Assembly: GCA_035221665.1 (NCBI GenBank)
Contig: CM069164.1
Coordinates: forward strand, 15,438,001 to 15,502,000
Source: Okamejei kenojei
Taxonomy: Eukaryota
Reading direction: 5' to 3'
DNA: 64,000 bases
Part shown: piece by piece, positions 42,501 to 55,038 of the stretch
Position numbering within the stretch: the stretch's first letter is position 1
How the letters are laid out: each line of letters opens with the position of its first letter
Program-made: the position numbers and the translations under genes
The notes under the pieces: model-generated
Told to the model about the DNA's origin: nothing
Seen by the model: the letters and a program-made list of their open reading frames with translations, nothing else
Database searches by the model: none

Positions 42501-45500
42501 ATTTCAAGAGGGAATGTCCCAGGTTATGACGGGAGGTGCAGTCGTGCACACTGATGGAGGAAGAATAGGGAAGTTGGGGGTCCCGCTCCCTGGGGTGTAT
42601 GGGATACACACAGGAACCTCTGGTAAACTTGAAATTAGGACCCCAGGGAGAGGATATGGTATTTATGGTAGATTCGGAAGTGGAGAGATCAAGCGTAACT
42701 AAGGTACCGGAAGGAATGGGATTGGGTGAAAAGCAAGTCAGAATCTCGGGGGTAGGGGGGAAAGTGAAGACTGCCCCCGAGGTAGAAGGGGTGGTGGTAA
42801 AATATGAGAATCGAGAAGTCAGTGGAAGATTTTAAAAGGAAGGTGAATAAATTTGCAAAGGAGGATAAACTATCTGAGAAGTAAGAAATTGAGTTTAAAA
42901 TGAGAAAGAAGGCAGACCAGAAAGGATTAAAGTGGGAAGCAGAGGATAAATTGATGAGACTGCTTTAAAAAGATAAGAGCAGGCCAGGCACAGATTATCC
43001 TTTGGGGCACCCATAAACTGAGAGGGCTAAGAATTACCTTACCCAATATTCCTGATGGGGCAGGAAATGGATTATGGCTTTGGAGGACAATTATTGGCTA
43101 TGGGAGATTTGAAGGCACTGTTGGTGAAAGTGATAGGAACCACTAAACTGACAGAACCCCTGAAGATGGCTGATATAAAAATGCTGTGAACAATGCAATA
43201 AACAATGGCATGCTGTTTAAAACAGTCAGGCAGGGGGTATGGCAGGCCCTCAGACAATAATCCAGCAGCCTATCTGGAGAACAAGCTGAAAAGGTGGAGA
43301 CTGGAAACTGAACAAAAATAGAAGGCAACCAGTTAATGAACACTATATTTTGAACCACTGTGGTGGATGTCATTCCTCCTAAAGTCAAGTCTAGATTGGA
43401 GGAGGTGGTGGGATTGTAATTTATTTCCCACCCTTGATTCAGTAATCATTTGGTCAATGAGGTTGAGAAATATCGCAAAGATAGGAAAAAGACTTGCAGA
43501 CCAGCAGGAAGAGGTGCAGAGAAAAATGATGCAAATGTAACTTGAAGAGCTCAAAAAGAAAGAGCGTGAAAAAGGAAAGACAACGTTGTCAGAAACAACA
43601 GACCTGGTTGAAAAGTCTGAAATAAGTGATGCACCGACACACAGTGAGTCCTATGACAGAGCCAAACAGGGGCCAGAGATTCCTCGCCAATAATAAATGT
43701 ATTTGGGAGAGTGTTTCCTCAAATGCCCTATCAGGAGTGAAATAAATCTGCATATAAGCCCACACAGGACTGGGGTCCCCAAGGGAGGGAGGGATCTCAA
43801 GGAAGAGGTCAAGGAAGGCTAGTAAGGAGATAGGTAATGGTGTGTTGGGGATGTGAACAGGTACGATAATCAGGAAATAATAATAATAATAATAATATTA
43901 AGATAATGGTGAACATAGTTATGGTAAGAACATTAAGAAGAGGTATTAAATACACCTAGGCTAGGATGCGGCAAGGTTTTAAATACTAGCCCCATGATTT
44001 TAATCAGGTGTTGTAGGCAGATTTGGAAGGTGTTGATATACTATGTGGATGATTTGTTGGTTTGTTCCACAAGCAAGAAGCAATGTGAGAGAGAGACATT
44101 GTAATTATCTTGGAAAAGATGGCATAGGAGGTCATAATGTATCAAGGAAGAAGTTGTTGTTTTGTCAGCAGCAGGTAGAATATTTTGGACGAGTAATATC
44201 TAAAGAAGTAAAAGCTATTGCACAGGATCAAATTGAAGCGATAGTTGAAGTTCCCAAACCTCAGACAGTAGAACAGATGATGATGATATTGGGAATGGCA
44301 GGATATAGTTCAGACTAGATTGGGAAGTATGTTGAAATTGTGATGCCATTAAGGAAAATAATGAAGGAAGAAGGACACACAAGTCTGAGAAATGTTTTGC
44401 AGTCAGAGCCTTTGAATGAAGGGGACAAAAAGGTTTTGCTTGTGGATGTTTCTTGTTAAAGGGATCATAATAGCAAGTATGCAGTGTTTGAAGTGATGCA
44501 TCAGGATGAATTAGACTTTAAGGTAATCAAATTGGAAGCTTGCCTGCAATCTTGCTTAGCTCAATTGGCAGAAATTAAGGCTTTAAGAGCAGCATATGTA
44601 CATGGTATCTGGCACATGTTTGGAGCAGTAGGGAAACAGAAAGGCTTTGAGAAAAGCAACGGAGACCCCATGCAAAGTTAGCAGTGTCCCCCTATGAAAT
44701 GTTGTTTGGGTTACCTTATTTGGGAAAGATAGAAGGAATACCCACCATAGAGGGCAGTGATGTATTCTTAAGGAACTATTTACTGGCAGTATCTCATTCC
44801 CTTACAGAATAAAAACCTAAAGGATTATTGGCTCATAGCCCACCACTCGACTTTCCAATACATGCTGTAAAGGCCGGCGACTGGGTACTGGTCAAGAATT
44901 GGAAGGAGGAGAAACTCCAGCCCCGGTGGACCGGCCCATACCTAGTATTACTGACAACCGAGACAGCAGTACGAACAAAAGAAAAAGGGTGGACCCACGT
45001 AATCCGGGTTAAAGGACCCGTTGATTCACCCACTCTTGATAAGGAGGAACAGTCGAAGCCAGGAAAAAAGCCCCAACATTAACTTTTAGAAAAAGAAAAA
45101 AATTAAATGTATAACTAGCAGTATGAAAGGAGCATTTGTGGTATTGCTTGCTCTGCATGTAATTATGGTAAAAAGTAATAATAACTGTGATAAATGTTAT
45201 CATCCTATCAGATACGGAGGGCGGACAACCAGATCATTTACTTATCATTCCCATGTGAACGATGCTTGCGATAACCTGAGAACTATTTCTGAGGATGGGG
45301 GAAAGAAGTATTATAGAGTAAAGAATAGAGGATATGTAGGGAGGTTTGGGTACGTTACCTGTCCAAAGGGGGAGAGTTGGGTTTGTATGACTAGGACGGA
45401 ACAGTTAGGTCTCCATTTCCATGCCTTAAGATGGACATTAGACAAAATGAAGGAGGAAGTAATAACAAGGTTAACGGAAGTAGTAGTCACCAAGCCTCTC

Positions 45501-48500
45501 CCTCTCCCACCTACTCAGCCTCAATTGCACCAGACACCCTGTATGAAGAAATAAAGAAGCAGATTGAGATCCCTGAAGAAGGGAAAAACCTGTTTGTGGA
45601 CTTGGCCCTCCGGATAGCTGGAACCCTGAATGTGACTAACTGTTGGGTCTGTGGCGGACCACTGATGAGCTCACGTTGGCCGTGGAGAGGATCCATTGTT
45701 GAAGTATGGGACCTGATGGAGTGGAACCTGACAGTTGGACAAGACCGAGATCCCCTGACATGGGTCCTGACAGACGCTCCGGTTGGGACTGAGTGTATCG
45801 CTGGGCCCTGGGCAAAGGATGCCGTCCTAGTAGGCAGCAGCCCCTGCCAGCGCATCGTCACCCAGTGGCCAAATTAGTCCCGAGTGTGGTGGCCAGAGGA
45901 GCCTAAATGGTATCCAACTAAGAAAGACGGGAGAAACTGCACTATCTGGATGAAGACCGATGGAATGGAACTGACTGGACTATGGAACTACACCGGGAAC
46001 AACCCTTATCAAGGAATCCCGGTGTTGCGAGACATATGGAACAAGGTTACCTCTAGTGGACCAGCCCCTGAAGGACTGTTGTGGATATGCGGACACAAGG
46101 CATACTCAGTGTTACCAACAAATTGGAGCGGGATTTGCTTTATTGCTGGTACAACCGGGATTTTTCCTGTTAAACACCAAAGAAGGGCGGTCGCTAGGAG
46201 CACCTGTATTTGACGACCTATATCGGAAGAAGAGGAAAATAGACATTGGAGAATGGGAAGATGACGAATGGCCACCCGCAAGAATCATCTCATACTATGG
46301 ACCAGCCACTTGGGCACAGGATGGATCCTGGGGCTACCGAACCCCGGTATACATGTTAAACCGGATCATAAGACTTCAGGCAGTACTGGAAGCAATTACC
46401 AACCAAACTGCGGTGACACTGGAGATGCTGGCAAAGCAGCAGACACAGATGAGAGCAGCAATATACCAGAACCGGTTGGCCCTAGATTACCTCCTGGCAG
46501 AAGAAGGAGGGGTATGCGGGAAATTCAACCTCTCTAATTGCTGTCTAAACTTCGATGACAATGGACAGGCAGTGATGGACATATCAGAAGGAATCCGTAA
46601 GTTGGCACATATTCCAATACAAAAGTGAAATTCGATTATGGGTACCCGATCGTGGGATTCCATCCTCGGAGCAACATGGTGGAGAACGGTGGGACTCGTG
46701 TTTCTATGTGCAGTGGCTGGACTGATCTTTATCCCCTGTTGCATTCCTTGTTTTAGGAGACTTATTACAAGGAGTATAAGTCAGATGCAGGCTGTAGTCA
46801 TGTCTATGGGAGAGAAAGGGGTAATACAGAAAATAATGATAATGCGGCCAGGAAAGGTCCATGATCTACAGGAAAAGGAGATTAGGACAATGTTACGTCA
46901 ATTTGAACTGAAGGAGCTTGAAATTGAGGTTTAATCAATAGATGCGTAGCAAAAGAAAAAGGGAGGATTGTGATGGATAAAGTGATTAAACCCCACTATT
47001 ATGAGGGGCTTTAAAGAGGATTCAAACCGATAGAGGCCAGGGAGAGGGTTCTGACACAGCTGTGTATAAAAGTTACCAGACCCATCCTTGAGTAAGAAGT
47101 TATAGCATTGTATAGCGGTAGAAGGGAGTGATGTAGGTAGATCCCTATCAGTAGAAGGGAATGATAGATGGGACCCTTGTCACTATAGCTTAGCTTTAGT
47201 GCTGATATAGGAGAACTGAGAGAGTTCAGTTGGAGGCGAGTAAAACTAGGGCAGGTCATGGACAACTGAGCATGCTTAATAAAATAAATAACTATTACAA
47301 CACACCCGTGGTCAAGAAACTGCTCATTACCATGCACATGTCTGGACATGCAATGTATGATGTGGGAGGTACTGGGGGGACGTACCTACAGATTGTGCAC
47401 CTCAGTGTCTGATTGGAGGGGGTCAAAGGAGGGGAGGTTGAATGTAGAATTGTGTGTATAAAGGGGGTTTACCCTTCTGACTTCGGTGTGTCTCCACTTG
47501 GCGAGGCACACGACTCTGCAGACTCGCAAATAAAGAATCTCTTGCCTCCACGATTTAGTCTCTGAGTAGTGATTGTGAGCACATCACATATCTCACATCA
47601 CCTGCAAACAAGGACAGGACACTGTGGTCTGGCAATCTGATCTCTACCTTGCAGATTGGATTGAATTGAATTGAATACATTTTATTAGCCAAGTATGTAT
47701 ACATACAATAAATTTGCCTTGGTGCTTTGCTCGCAAGGATAACAACACAACATATAGTAGACAATTAAAAATAAAACATTATAATTTAAACATGTGAAGA
47801 ATGAAATAAAATACCAGAGCAAAAGAAGGCTACAGACTTTTGGCAGTTGAGTAGAGCTACTGCTCGTGGAAAAAAAGCTGTTTTTATGTCTGACAGGGGC
47901 AGCTTTGACAGTCCAGAGTCGCCTTCCGGAGGGAAGTGATTCAAAGAGTTTGTGGCCAGGGTGAGAAGGGTCAGAGATGATCTTACCCACTCGCTTCGTG
48001 GCCCTTGCAGTGTACAGTTTGTCGATGGGGGGGGGGGGGGGGGGGCGGGGGGGGGGGGGCGGAAGGTTGCAGCCAACAACCTTTTCGGCTGATCGAATGA
48101 TGCGCTGCAGCCTCCGGATGTTATGCTTGGTGGCCGAGCCAAACCAGACCAGGATGGAGAAGGTGAGGACAGACGCTATAATATAAAACTGGATCATCAT
48201 TGCCTGTGGCAGACTGTGTTTTCTCAGCTGCCGCAGGAAGTATATCCTTTGTTGGGCCTTTTTAACTGTGGAGTCGATGGTGGCCTCTCATTTTAGGTCC
48301 CTGGAGATGATGGTTCCAAGGAACTAAAATAACTCCATAGATGTGACTGTGGTGTTGTTGATGGTGAGTGGGTGGAGGGGAGGGGAAGCTCTCCTAAAAT
48401 CTACAATTAATTCCACTGCCTTAAGAGCATTGAGCTCCAGGTTGTTGCTGTGGCACCGGGACGCCAGCTGTGTCACTTCCTGTCTGTAGACCTATTCCTC

Positions 48501-51500
48501 CCCATCCTGGATCAGTCCAATCAGGGTTGTGTCATCAGCAAACTTGAGAAGCTTGGCAGAGGTGTCTCTGGAGGTGCAGTCGTTGGTGTAGAGAGAGTAA
48601 AGGAGAGGGGAGCTGGAAGCTCTCAGACACCTCCTCGTACCTATCCCTGGACCATGAACCCACTAGCAATCATTAGGCCACACCATCACAAAGCTCATCA
48701 CTGTGACACCAAGATTACTTGAGTTGCAGACTGTGAGGAAGGCTGTCAAAATATACAGCAAGATATATATCACCTACAGAAATGGGCAGAGAAATAGCAG
48801 ATGAAGTTTGAATGCATAAAAGGAAATACCTGGGGTAGTAAATGTAATATGATCCACAGGTGGCTTGGTGTTCACCTGCCATATCGTCTTTAATTCCTTT
48901 TGCCCATGACCACTAATAATCTCCATTCTCCACATGATGGGATTTTCACTGGAATACAAGAAGCCAGAATTATAAGGAAATCAATTACAAATACAAAGAA
49001 CATTGTGTTTTATTACTATTTCTCCAAAGCATCAACTCTATTCAGTCTTTGACCAGTAGCCAGATCAGTTTGCCAGAACCATTGAGCATCATGCATGTTT
49101 AACATATTTCTGCAGGCGGAATCATGAGTTGAATCTTAAATAATTTTATGTTTGAAGGCTGAGTATCCTGGTTGCACTAGGAGCACGATTTTTCTTAATC
49201 ACTCAAAAGTACCAATGACTAAAGGCACAAAAGATAACCAGGGAGTCCACAGTATAATAAAATTTAAATTAAACCATAAATTGGGGGAGGGGCAAAAAGT
49301 ATATTGGATTAACACGAATATAGACACAAAAAGCTGGAGTAACCCAGCGGGACAGGCAGCATCTCTGCAGAGTAGGAATAGGTGACGTTTCGGATCGAGA
49401 CCCTTCTTCAGACAGGTTAGGGATATGGGAAACGAGAGATATAGGCAGTGATGTGGAGAGATAAATAACTATGAATGAAAGATATGCAAAAAAGAAATGA
49501 TGATAAAGGAAACTGACCATTGACAGCTGTTTGTAGGGTGGAAAACGAGAAGTCAGTGCGACTTGGGTGGGGGAGAGAGAGCGAGAGCGAGGGAGAGAGA
49601 GCGAGAGCGAGAGAGAGAGAGAGAGAGAGAGAGAGGGAATGCCGGGGCTACCTGAAGTGAAATAAATCAATATTCATACCACTGGGCTGTAAGCTGTTGG
49701 ATTGTTTTTTACACAAAAAGAGATTCTATTAGGGTGGCACAATTGAGCAGCTGGTAGAGCCACTACCTCAAAGCACCAGGGTCCCAGTACTATCCTGACT
49801 AAGGATACTGTCTGTGGAGTTTGCACATTCTCCCTCTGACTGCATGGATTTCTACCTCCCTGCCCTTTAAGCATTTTTTTAAAAACAAAAGCATTCACCT
49901 TATCTTTAAATATTTCCCATAATCCCCTCCTACTCCACATTTAATTTTTTCAGTTAAATGTTTTCTCACAGCCGAGCCATTATATAAATGCAAGTTCTCG
50001 AAAACAGGAATACAAAGTACAAGCAGAATTAAGCCATTTAATAAACATGTCTAATTAGATTGTATCTGAAAGGAATACAATGTTAAAAAGTGGACAATTT
50101 TAAATATTTTGACATTTTATGTCTTTGACATCTTATGCACTTCATCTATCTATATCCATTTGTAGCCTTCTTATTCCCCTTCACAATTTATTTTCTTACC
50201 CATAACTCAACCAAATATACCAGTTATATCTATGCTGACTGTCAACATTTTGATATCTCATTAAAAGAAAAGACCTCAGCATTGTTTGCTCCCTGTGGAA
50301 ACCCACACATTGCATCTTGTTAATAAAAAAAAAGATTAATGTTTACTCCGTTTCCTGCTAGCCCGCCACAGCGAAATGCTACCTCCTTACTTTTCCTCAC
50401 ACAGACTATAAGGATTATGATTTTGTCCATTCTCCTCCAAGAAAGTAAACACAATAAAAAAATAAATGAACAGCATTTTCTAACATAAATTATTCTCCAA
50501 ATACTTATTTGGGCATTTTGATCAAAGATATTGTTCCGACATTAAATACCACTATACCATCCAAGTTCATCTCCAAACTCGTGGAACTTGGGAGTCAGCA
50601 TTCACCTCTGGAACTGGATCCTCGACTTCCTGACCAACGGAACACAATCGGTGAGGATACATGAACAATCATCCTCTACAATAATCCTCAACCAACTGGT
50701 GCCCTGCAAGGATGCGTTCTCAGCCCCTTCCTTACACACCCACGACTATTCAGCCAAATACAAATCCAACTCAATTTACAAATTTGCAGATGACACCACT
50801 ATAGTGGGCCGAATATCAAATAATGACGAGACACAGTACGGGAGGGAGATTGAGAAACTCATAACCTGGTGCCATGACAATAACCTTTTACTTAATGTCA
50901 GCAAGACAAAGGAAATTGTGATTAATTTCAGTAAGCGGGGTATATTGGGGTACACATACCCCGATAATCATGGATGGCACCAAAGTAGAGATGGTTGAAA
51001 GCTTCAAGTTCCAAGGAGTAAATATCACCAACAACTTGTTAGGAAGTTTGGCATATCCCCAACAACTCTCACCCCAACTTCTGCAGATGCGCCGTATAAA
51101 GCAATTTTACTTCGGAGTCACGTGAGTGACTACGTGAAGAACCCCGCCTGGCGCTGGAAACGGCATTACGTCGACGCTGACGGCAGAAGCAGGAGCTGCA
51201 CAGACAGCTCCTCGACAGCGGTAGGTTCGGAACCGGCAGGTAAGTGCTGTTGAAAAAATTTTTTAGGACTGGAAAACTCCGTGCCTGGTGGAAACCTGGA
51301 TTTTAAAGGTTTTAAAAACAAACTAAAAGTTTAAATTGAACAGATATACTCTGTTAAAATAACGGAGTTTTTAAAAAGAACGTCCCAGGGGAATACCCAG
51401 CGATTGGGACGAGAGATTAATTACGGGGCCGGTTCCGATACTGGTACCGTTAAAAATACGGTAGAGAGGTAAAAATGCTCCACAATCTTTTGGCAGGGAA

Positions 51501-54500
51501 TTTTAAAAGACAGAAAGGCTGTACTTTAAAAAAGTTAATAAAAATCGCGATATGGAGAAAGTACTCCAAAATATAAAAAGAGACAAGGGTCACAGTACCC
51601 AAACAGCCCAAAAAAGACCCTGAGGGGCTTGAATATACAAAATATGGCTATGTGCCAAATTGAGAATTGAACCTTGGTTTTAGGGTGGAGGAAGTCTCTT
51701 TGGATATAATTCCAAGTGGATCAGGGCTGCAAAAGACAGACCCTGCAAGTGGTGATGTGAATTATGAATGCACACCACAAATAAAAAAGTGAGGCCAGAT
51801 GTGCCTGAGATAGCAAAAGATTTTGCTATATCTAAAGGAAGTGGTGAGGCTATGGAAGAAAACCTAGCTGCAACATTAATTATATGGTATCTCACCAACT
51901 TCAAGAATACGATAAAACTTTTATGTTTTATTAAAATATCAACGGTAAATACGTTTATAAATATCCATGTCTCAAATAATATGAGATAAGAAATACAATT
52001 TCAAATTATTTCAAAATGGTGCAAATAAGTAATACTTTCAAAATAAAATAAATTGCCATCAGTTGTGGAGCTCAATAGGAAGAAATATATAATTTACCGA
52101 ATCTGCACTATAGGTTTGCAGATCAATACAAATCAGGATAATAAACTCTTGATTATTATAGAATAAACCTGCCTTATGATAAATCAAAGATATTAATTAC
52201 AAAAGAACAGACTACTGATCTTTAAAACTTTGGGGAGAAAAACTATGACCCAATGAAAAATTTTGATAATGGATCAAAACAAAGGCAAAGATCTTTTAAC
52301 TTGCGGTGAAAAAACTATGATCCAATGAAAGATTTGATAATGGATCAAAACAAAGGCAGAAGTGGTATAACCAAACATAGCCTTATCTAAACCTATATAA
52401 TTGGGGAAAGAAGGCTTGAAGTACGTTGAAAAGGTGCAAACATCTGGTTACAAAATAAGTTCATGAAATCTCCAATTATGGGGGATTACAGGTGTATTAT
52501 GATTGTTAATCAATATAACTAAGGAAGGATTGGTTCACCTGTATAAGAAAATTTTAAAAATTGATTTCAGGTTTGCACTCAAAAGTAATTTTAATAAGAA
52601 GGGGTACGTACATGTATATTATAAAATTACCTCAGTGTAAAGATTTCATGGTATAAACCATACAAAACATCATTATATTTACACTTTCACAGTGTAAGAA
52701 AATGGAAACATCTAGAACATGGAAAAACTGTTGTGATTAACAAAGTGTTAATCAATATTACAGGTGCTTGAAATTAATTAAAGTGGGTCAAGCTGTGCAA
52801 GTTAAAACATTGTCCAAACAATCAATCAGTTCAAGGTTGTTAAACCGAATACTGAAGGAACAATTATACTGATAAAAAAAGATCAGCACTTGCACTAATA
52901 AGGTCATGGTCATGGGTTATCTCGATTACATTTAAATTGGAAGAATTAAGAGCAGCTGCAAATTAGTGCCTGCCATTACAAACCTGGTGAAAGGTAAGGA
53001 CCTGACCCATTACATAAAGCATATGCTCAGGCATTAATAAAATATTTATAAATTACTATTCTGAATTTAGAAGTAATTCAAGCACCATAAGAGAGGGGGA
53101 AAATTGTTCCATGATACAAATATGTCTAATTGTTGTTGACATACTTTGTCCCTCCATTAGGATTAGGTAAAAAATAAATAAAGTTCCAAAAGAAGGAATA
53201 CAGAAGCTTATAAGAATATGTATGCCTTGTGAAGAGGCTTATGCAAAATATCAAATGATACGTTATCATTATTAAAGTAATGTAAAAAAGGTTCATAAGC
53301 TGCTTCAACTATAAAATTAACAGCTGTTGCAAACTGAAGCAAGTGTTACAGATGATGTACAGCTTCTGTGAATGCTTGGGTAAAGATAAGAATATTATCT
53401 ATTCTTATAACAATAATTGATATGTCTCTTGTTCGGACTGCAGACAATAATACCAGGCGAACATAAATGGTTTGTCCTAAGTAATTTTCCAAACATTCGT
53501 ATTAATTGTTAAAGTATAAGGAGTTATGGATTAAAAAGATCAATTGTTTTATTATGGAACTGTCCATGTCGTATCAAGATGAACAATACCACGGCTGTGG
53601 CATATGTTAACAATGGTCAAATTTGGGAGAAAAACATATTGTCATTATTTTACATTACTTACGATTAATCTGGTTGTATACAGATTAAATCACTGATCTT
53701 TCAAATGTTTCTTGTGGGTCACAAGATAAGTCAAATAACAATCATGGGATTATCTAAGTAAACAGATGTGGCATATTTAAAGTTTAGTCCACCTGTTTAT
53801 CTCTAAGGAAGAGACAATGGTATCGGAAGATAACAAATTTGGGAGAAAAAACATATTATCATTAATATGGATTACTTACGATTAATCTGATTGCATACAG
53901 ATTAAATCACCGATCTTTCGAATATTTCTTGTGGGAAACCAAGAGCAGTGAAGGTGGATGCTTTTCTCCCAATTACATGAGGAAAAGATTTCTTTGTGTT
54001 CCTCATTTTTTGTTAATAGGGCAGTGTCTGATGAAAATGTAGCGGGACACTGCCAGAGGCATTTTGGTGGCCTAATACGGGTCCTTTATGGTTTCATAAA
54101 TATTGTGTGATTTTGAACTGCTAGTGATGATTCATAGTGGCAGCAATTTATTGAAGTCAAAAAAGGGGTCTCGACCTAGGTCGTTGCCTGTCTCCCTTCG
54201 CTCTTTGGATGCTGCTGCACCCACTGGGATCTCCAGGTTTGAGAAACCCTGCAGTAATTTATTGTTGTACAAAAAACCTCCATGACATGAAAATATGAAT
54301 TTGACTATCTACAGGTTGACCAGACCATCACAACAGCTGATGGTCAAAGAAGTCTATGAATGTTAACCAATATAACAATATATCAATAAAATAATTATGT
54401 ATAAAGAAGTGTTATACCTGCAATTTGCAGAAATAAGTCTAAAAAACAATATTTTGTTATAAGAAATTGGAGGTCTGTATATACAGTAAAGTTATTTTAT

Positions 54501-54662
54501 CATATTAGATATGCGAATTCCTTGTGGATTGCATTTTCTAAGTATCTAATTGATAGAGCCAATAATAGGGCTCAGAGTGTTACCGTCTTATAAACGGACA
54601 ATATATTAACCAAGAAGTTATCAGATGCATTCATAATATCCCAATATGGAAAGGGATATATA

Positions 54663-54698
<36 letters not shown>

Positions 54699-55005
54699 TG
54701 TATATGTATATGTATATGTATATATATAAATTGTAAAAAATATAAAGGCAGGAGATAAATAATCTTGAAATGCCTTAAGAAATGGACTCTAACCCTATCT
54801 ATGATTCAAAAAACTTAAACATTGAAAATAATAATTCTGATAACTTTAGTATCAATATAAGAGTGCAAACATTGCAAATGTTACGTTATAATTGCATGTG
54901 GATACAAATTGCATTATCATATATGTTTATGAATCTACCAAACAAAGCACACCAAGAAGACCTGAAACAAAGGTAAACCTATAAGCATATCCTGCCGGCT
55001 TTAAG

Positions 55006-55038
<33 letters not shown>

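Larger units (their letters stand above)
40207..47597 (+). mobile_element. Defective class I endogenous retrovirus (LTR-PBS-gag/pro-second gag-pol fragments-env-PPT-LTR) in a ZWILCH intron, antisense to the host gene
   Basis: Direct LTRs at 40207-40831 and 46969-47597; tRNA-Pro PBS; PPT at 46951-46967; near-TSD TCAT/TCAC; CCHC knuckle; protease, RT (YVDD), RNase H and integrase C-terminal remnants; env. Confidence 0.95.

Noticed and set aside
46056-46628. Env stop just before the TM helix, resembling the domesticated soluble ERV3-1 env
   Set aside because: Upstream frameshifts (about 45540 and 46146) and a stop at 45875 destroy the ORF, so co-option is not supported at this locus
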